Notes under the pieces: model-generated | Told to the model about the DNA's origin: nothing | Seen by the model: only the letters and a program-made list of their open reading frames with translations | Database searches by the model: none | Assembly (NCBI GenBank): GCA_903851135.1 | Contig: CAINNK010000014.1 | Span: forward strand, 37,574 to 101,573 | Direction of reading: 5' to 3' | Source of the DNA: an uncultured bacterium | GTDB lineage: Bacteria > Patescibacteriota > Minisyncoccia > Moranbacterales > GWC2-37-73 | DNA length: 64,000 bases | Translations under genes and position numbers: made by a program | Shown: one piece after another, positions 59,040 through 64,000 of the stretch | How the letters are laid out: every line of letters starts with the position of its first letter | Numbering within the stretch: the first letter of the stretch is position 1

Positions 59040-59498
59040 ATGGCGCATCGTAAAGCTGGTGGATCTACCTCCCTTGGTCGAGATTCACGTTCGCAAAGAC
59101 TTGGAGTCAAGATCTTTGGAAATCAAAAAGTTAAAACTGGAAACATCATCATCCGACAACGCGGAACCAAATGGCACGTTGGAAAAAATGTGAAGCGTTG
59201 CAATGATGACACCTTGATGGCATTGGTTGATGGAACGGTGGTGTTCTCATCCAAAAAAGTTCGCAGCTTCACTGGACAACTGGTGACTCGCAAATATGTT
59301 AGCGTGGTCAAATCTGACACTCCAGTGGTGCTTAAACCGAAAAAAGTTGTGCTCAATCGTGTGACTTCTGCTCGCAAACTTCATCCAGGCAACAAACCTG
59401 GCAAACGAAGTGGAGCCAAGAAAGTTGCTCGCAAACCAAACATGCGCAAAACAGTTCGCAAGCATTTGGTTGCTAGAGAAGCAAAGAAGAACAAATAA
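59040..59498 (+). CDS. rpmA: 50S ribosomal protein L27 with ~65-aa Lys-rich C-terminal extension
   Basis: [51 protein letters not shown] core, then a K/R-rich tail. Confidence 0.85.
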   Translation: MAHRKAGGSTSLGRDSRSQRLGVKIFGNQKVKTGNIIIRQRGTKWHVGKNVKRCNDDTLMALVDGTVVFSSKKVRSFTGQLVTRKYVSVVKSDTPVVLKPKKVVLNRVTSARKLHPGNKPGKRSGAKKVARKPNMRKTVRKHLVAREAKKNK

Positions 59499-59560
59499 TT
59501 TTTCTACGGATATATACGGATTGATGACGGATTTTCACGAATCACGGATCAATCTAAAAA

Positions 59561-59591
59561 AAGAAACTTCGAGAGAAGTTTCTTTTTTTGT
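59561..59591. terminator. bidirectional rho-independent terminator
   Basis: AAAAAAAGAAACTTCgagaGAAGTTTCTTTTTTT between rpmA and the convergent NUDIX gene. Confidence 0.75.
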
Positions 59592-60143
59592 TTAGGATAT
59601 TTTTTTCAAGAGATCTTTTTTAACCAGAAGCAATTCACTTATTTTAATTCCCCATTGAGTTGGATCATCTCCTATAGCTTCTTCAATTGCCTCAAAACTT
59701 TGCCACTTGATTTGTTGAATTTCATCATCACCGAAAGTCAATTTCTTAATATCACCCTCATATAGCAAATAAACAATAATACTGTACTCACAATTAATTA
59801 TACTGTCGTATGTTATATAATACTTGGCATTAAATCCACTAATTAAATCTTCGAACTTAAAATCTAGACCTATCTCCTCTTTGAGCTCGGTTATAATTGT
59901 TTCTTCAATGTTTTCACCGCTTTTAATATGGCCACCAAATGAAGCAGTCCACATATGCGGGTTTGCTTTTCTTTTGATCAAGAATGAATGTGCCAATAAT
60001 TCAACCTCGCTGTTTATTTTTCGAAACAAGTAAATACGCACGGTCCGATGCCATAAACCTTTAGCGTGGCAAACACTGCGAAGCTCTTTTTCACCAGTCA
60101 AATTCCCATTTTCATCAACAAGGTCGAGATATTCTTCGGACAT
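59592..60143 (-). CDS. NUDIX hydrolase
   Basis: 183 aa; GGHIKSGENIEETIITELKEEIG Nudix box; KGLWHRT as in the partial NUDIX at 1-345. Confidence 0.7.
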   Translation of the reverse strand: MSEEYLDLVDENGNLTGEKELRSVCHAKGLWHRTVRIYLFRKINSEVELLAHSFLIKRKANPHMWTASFGGHIKSGENIEETIITELKEEIGLDFKFEDLISGFNAKYYITYDSIINCEYSIIVYLLYEGDIKKLTFGDDEIQQIKWQSFEAIEEAIGDDPTQWGIKISELLLVKKDLLKKIS

Positions 60144-60156
60144 GCAATTTAAAAAG

Positions 60157-60630
60157 CTATTTATTTAATGCACCTTCATTTCTAATTAAAATATCGGCGA
60201 GCTCTTTCTCCTTTAAAGTAAACGGCGTATCTGGGTGATATACAAAAATTCTTAAATCTATTTTTGAGAAAGGAAGTTCAAATTTATTTGCTTTTTGTTC
60301 CACGCTAATATCTTTAGTATAAGCATTTTCGGCATCTAAAATAAGAACCTCTCCATGCCTTGGAAAGTCTCCTTTAAACATTAGCAAACTCGTATCTCCA
60401 CACCATTTTAATTCAATAAATTTTTCGCTTAAAGCCTTACCAATTAGGCCTGAAATAAAAGTTTTTCCAACATCAAAACTACTTCCAGTGATTGACACTA
60501 TTACACCCTTTTGGCCTTCTTGAGTTTTTAGTAAGTTTAAAATAATAGAGACGCTTTTTTGCACGCCATCTTCAACTGAGTATTCCTTCTTTTCTTGATG
60601 TTGTTCAAAATGTTGTTCATTATACATCAT
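60157..60630 (-). CDS. small P-loop protein (hypothetical)
   Basis: 157 aa; Walker A-like GSSFDVGKT. Confidence 0.4.
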   Translation of the reverse strand: MMYNEQHFEQHQEKKEYSVEDGVQKSVSIILNLLKTQEGQKGVIVSITGSSFDVGKTFISGLIGKALSEKFIELKWCGDTSLLMFKGDFPRHGEVLILDAENAYTKDISVEQKANKFELPFSKIDLRIFVYHPDTPFTLKEKELADILIRNEGALNK

Positions 60631-60640
60631 ATTGGATATA

Positions 60641-62296
60641 CTAAAACTTCACATTATTTGCCTGATTTCTCTTTTTCGCAGCGCTGACAAAACCGAAGAA
60701 AAGTGGATGGGCTTTGAGTGGGGTTGATTTAAATTCTGGGTGGAATTGTGAGCCGACAAAGAAAGGATGCTTGGAGGCTGGCAACTCAATAATTTCCATC
60801 AATTTTCCATCGGGAGATTTGCCAGAAAAAACCAGGCCAGCAGTTGCGATTTTTGAAATATATTCGGGGCTAACCTCCCAACGATGTCGGTGACGCTCTG
60901 AAATTTCTGCTTGGCCATATAAACTTTTGGCAATAGTTCCCTCTTCGAGCTTGGCAGGATAAGCACCAAGTCTCATGGTAGCTCCATAGTTGCCATCTTC
61001 CAAATTCTTTTTTTGCTCTGGCATAATGTCGATCACGGGACTAGAAGTGTTGCGATTAACTTCAGTGGTGTTAGCATCGGTTAGATTCAAAACATTACGG
61101 GCATATTCAATCACCGCCAATTGCATGCCATAGCAAATTCCCAAAAATGGAATTTGATTTTCGCGGCAAAATTGGATGGCTTTAATTTTCCCTTCGATCC
61201 CTCGTCCGCCAAAGCCGCCTGGCACCAAAACTCCGTCATATTGCGAAAGTGACTGCAATTTTTCCGGCTCTTTTTCAAAAAGTTCACTGTTGATCCAATC
61301 GATTTTGGTTTTGACATCGGCTTTATATCCAGCGTGCTTGATAGCTTCGATTACTGACATGTAGGCATCCGACAAAACAAAATCTCCCGTGCCAAAATAT
61401 TTTCCCACAATTCCAATCGTGACACTGTCTTTGGTAGCTTTGATTTTTTCCACCAAATTTTTCCAAGCTGAAAGATTTGAAGTTCTGGTTTCAAGACGCA
61501 ATTTTTTCAAAATTGTTTCCGAGAGATTATCTCTTTCGAAATTTAGCAACACCTCATAGACGTTGTCCACATCTGGCGCGCTGATAACATACTCCTGCCC
61601 AACATTGCAAAACATGGAAATTTTTTCTTTGCGTTTTTGGTCCATCGGAACTTCACTGCGAGCGATAATAAAATCAGGTTGAACTCCCGCACTGTTGACC
61701 GTTCGCACAGCATATTGAGTTGGCTTGGTTTTCATTTCACCAATCTTGTTTGGCATTGGCACATAACTAACCAACACTGAAAGTATATCGTCCGGATGTT
61801 TGATTTTCATCATGCGAATCGTTTCCAAGAAAAGCACATTTTGATATTCACCCACCGTTCCACCAATTTCAATCATGGTTATTTCAGACTTATCTTTTTC
61901 CGAAGCTTTCACGATTCTGTCTATTACTTCCAAAGGAATGTGAGGCACCACTTCCACGCATTTTCCACCATATTCCAAATTACGTTCACGGTGAATCACG
62001 GACTCATAAACCCTGCCAGTGGTCATATAGTTTTCCCGAGAAAGTTGGATGTCCATAAAGCGTTCATAGTTTCCCATGTCCTGATCAGTTTCGTCTCCAT
62101 CATTAAGCACAAAAACTTCGCCATGTTCAGTTGGGTTCATAGTTCCAGCGTCTACATTGACGTATGGGTCGATTTTGAGTGCCGTCACTTTGTAACCCCT
62201 GGCTTTCAAAATTGCGCCAATTGAAGAAGTTGTAATCCCCTTTCCAACTCCACTCATAACGCCCCCCATGACAAAAATGTATTTTCTGTTTTCCAT
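60641..62296 (-). CDS. pyrG: CTP synthase
   Basis: N-terminal synthetase domain YIFVMGGVMSGVGKGI; C-terminal glutamine amidotransferase with GICYGMQ and HPEF. Confidence 0.95.
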   Translation of the reverse strand: MENRKYIFVMGGVMSGVGKGITTSSIGAILKARGYKVTALKIDPYVNVDAGTMNPTEHGEVFVLNDGDETDQDMGNYERFMDIQLSRENYMTTGRVYESVIHRERNLEYGGKCVEVVPHIPLEVIDRIVKASEKDKSEITMIEIGGTVGEYQNVLFLETIRMMKIKHPDDILSVLVSYVPMPNKIGEMKTKPTQYAVRTVNSAGVQPDFIIARSEVPMDQKRKEKISMFCNVGQEYVISAPDVDNVYEVLLNFERDNLSETILKKLRLETRTSNLSAWKNLVEKIKATKDSVTIGIVGKYFGTGDFVLSDAYMSVIEAIKHAGYKADVKTKIDWINSELFEKEPEKLQSLSQYDGVLVPGGFGGRGIEGKIKAIQFCRENQIPFLGICYGMQLAVIEYARNVLNLTDANTTEVNRNTSSPVIDIMPEQKKNLEDGNYGATMRLGAYPAKLEEGTIAKSLYGQAEISERHRHRWEVSPEYISKIATAGLVFSGKSPDGKLMEIIELPASKHPFFVGSQFHPEFKSTPLKAHPLFFGFVSAAKKRNQANNVKF

Positions 62297-62568
62297 GCGA
62301 ACATAAAGTTCGAATCAACCCTAATTAAACTCGAATTATCGCCAATCTCTACACTATTAATTCGTGATTATTAGTGAGAAAATTCGTGAAGATCAGAGAT
62401 TTATATCATTAGTTTTGAATTCGCATTGATTAGTGATTTAACTACACAAAAAGTCGCTAACTAAAAGCGACCCCCACCGCCGCCTGTACTGCGACGCCAA
62501 GCGCTGCAAACAGGCTTTCTTAATATTACTAAAAGATACTTCCCCTACAAATCATTATATACTTTTTT

Positions 62569-63006
62569 TTAAGCTTGTTCAACTAGCACATTAACAGTGA
62601 CAATTATGCCATGCTCTAGGGTTATTTTCACTTCATGCGACCCAAGTTCTCTGATGTGTCCGGCAGAAATTGCCTTTTCTGGAACTTCTAATTTTAATTT
62701 TCTGATTTCAGCTGAAATATCTTTAGCCGTGATTGATCCAAAAAGTTTGCCGTCTTTAGAGCGAGCTTTAACAAAGATTTGTTTCTTGTTTAGCGCCTCA
62801 GCCAACTTCTGAGTTTCAGCTTTCTGTTCTTTTAGGAGAAGTTGCTTTTTTTCTTCTTCTTTTTGAGCTATCACCACCGCTCCCGGAGTTGCGACATTAG
62901 CAAGCTTTTTGGCTAGCAAAAAATTGCGCGCGTAACCATCCGGCACTTCTTTGATTTGGCCTTTTTTCCCGATATTCTTAACGTCTTGCAAGAGAATTAT
63001 TTTCAT
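62569..63006 (-). CDS. rplI: 50S ribosomal protein L9
   Basis: Start at [30 protein letters not shown]. Confidence 0.85.
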   Translation of the reverse strand: MKIILLQDVKNIGKKGQIKEVPDGYARNFLLAKKLANVATPGAVVIAQKEEEKKQLLLKEQKAETQKLAEALNKKQIFVKARSKDGKLFGSITAKDISAEIRKLKLEVPEKAISAGHIRELGSHEVKITLEHGIIVTVNVLVEQA

Positions 63007-63077
63007 AAAATAGTAATTTATAAACTTATCGCTAAATATTAACACCTCATCTAGCATACATCAGCCCTGGCTTTCTT

Positions 63078-63812
63078 TCAAGCCACAACTTCTTGGCTAT
63101 TTTGAGTTTCCAATTTGCTCTGTTTGCGAACGCTCTTTTTTTTCTTTTTATTGATTAACATGAAAAGTGATAATGCCTGCATAGCGAGGACTCGCATTGT
63201 TTCAAGATCATCATTGTTGCGCTGGGAACCATTTTTTCTCAAAATTATACAAGAATATACATTATCCATCGTCTTAGGTGAAGGCACGGCAATCATTTGT
63301 TGATCTTCAAAAATATGCAAACTGGCATCGCAATTTTTCTGAGGAAAATTTATCACTACATTACTTTTACTTTTAATTTCTTTCAGAATTTCCCCATTTA
63401 ACATATTAACGAAACGAATTTGAAATTCTCCCGATTTACCGAACAATTGAATGGCCTCCATAATCGAATCATAAAGTTCCCGTTGTTTTCTGGGCGTGAT
63501 GTGCGAACTCTCGGGAAAGCCGGTTGCAATGTTCATCAGAATATCCAATTTTCTGTTTATTTCGCCAATGTATGAATATGAATTTGTTAGTTCCTTGTTG
63601 GTTCGGTTCATTTGACCAATCATTTTGATTTTTTCTTTTTCATCTTTTCGCAGCCGTCGTTCCAACAAAGTAAACAAGCCAAAAGCGAGAATTCCCAAAA
63701 ACAAAATTGCATATTCCTGGCTTTGGATTACCGTAAAGCCAAAAAAACCCTTTGAGATAGAAGAGGGAACAAAAACAATCAGCCCGAAAATGATGAAATA
63801 TATCCAATACAC
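63078..63812 (-). CDS. hypothetical membrane protein
   Basis: 244 aa, two N-terminal TM helices and a cytoplasmic domain; positionally upstream of rplI. Confidence 0.4.
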   Translation of the reverse strand: MYWIYFIIFGLIVFVPSSISKGFFGFTVIQSQEYAILFLGILAFGLFTLLERRLRKDEKEKIKMIGQMNRTNKELTNSYSYIGEINRKLDILMNIATGFPESSHITPRKQRELYDSIMEAIQLFGKSGEFQIRFVNMLNGEILKEIKSKSNVVINFPQKNCDASLHIFEDQQMIAVPSPKTMDNVYSCIILRKNGSQRNNDDLETMRVLAMQALSLFMLINKKKKKSVRKQSKLETQNSQEVVA

Positions 63813-64000
63813 GCCTTTAGTTCCATTAATAATTGGCTAATTATTATTTCACAATTACCCCAAAAAGTCAATTTCACATTTCATCTTCAGAGCTGAAATA
63901 TTTATTCTTAAATTCCTAATACAATTCCCTTACTAAAAAAGTTTCGCTTGGTCTGCTTCTGACTTTTCTCGCTAAAAAGTCAGCTGCAAATAATTTCCAA

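Noticed and set aside
1-64000. CRISPR arrays, rRNA genes, transposase/integrase or phage structural genes
   Set aside because: No regularly spaced direct repeats with unique spacers, no rRNA-like conserved stretches and no ORFs with DDE, tyrosine- or serine-recombinase or capsid/terminase motifs were seen on either strand.

Overview
This is a low-GC (roughly 35-38%), gene-dense bacterial chromosomal segment with mostly minus-strand genes and almost no Shine-Dalgarno signal; it resembles a small-genome Gram-positive or candidate-phyla-like lineage. No rRNA, CRISPR array, transposase or integrase ORF was found. All protein calls rest on recognisable motifs in the supplied translations, not on database hits.

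Main contents:
(1) Housekeeping genes: three NUDIX hydrolases (the one at 1-345 is partial and absent from the ORF track), lysS, greA, rseP, frr, an hrcA-grpE-dnaK heat-shock operon with a CIRCE operator, dapD, pyrH, rpmA, pyrG and rplI.
(2) RNA genes: tRNA-Lys(UUU), tRNA-Val(GAC) and one atypical tRNA with an apparent 8-nt anticodon loop.
(3) A compact nucleotide-metabolism cluster (RibD-C reductase, HIT, HD, P-loop kinase) next to a frameshifted alpha/beta hydrolase and a LysE exporter.
(4) A large cell-envelope glycan locus at about 24.9-39.6 kb and 42.7-53.7 kb. It holds a 1016-aa three-domain glycosyltransferase, FkbM methyltransferase, Wzt/Wzm-type ABC exporter halves, a SpoIID/LytB protein with tandem YRFYN..GDHFYT repeats, GT4/GT2 enzymes, DUF4012, epimerase, ugd and asnB.
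(5) The most unusual items:
- an AbiEi/AbiEii abortive-infection pair bracketed by about 70-bp imperfect direct repeats whose divergence is codon-periodic;
- two related families of short intergenic repeats, including TIR-bounded MITE-like elements flanking a membrane-anchored ClpB-like AAA+ ATPase with a degenerate first ATPase domain;
- a roughly 380-bp hairpin-dense noncoding block beside the CIRCE site;
- a GC-rich stretch next to tRNA-Lys carrying two inverted partial copies of the tRNA 3' end.
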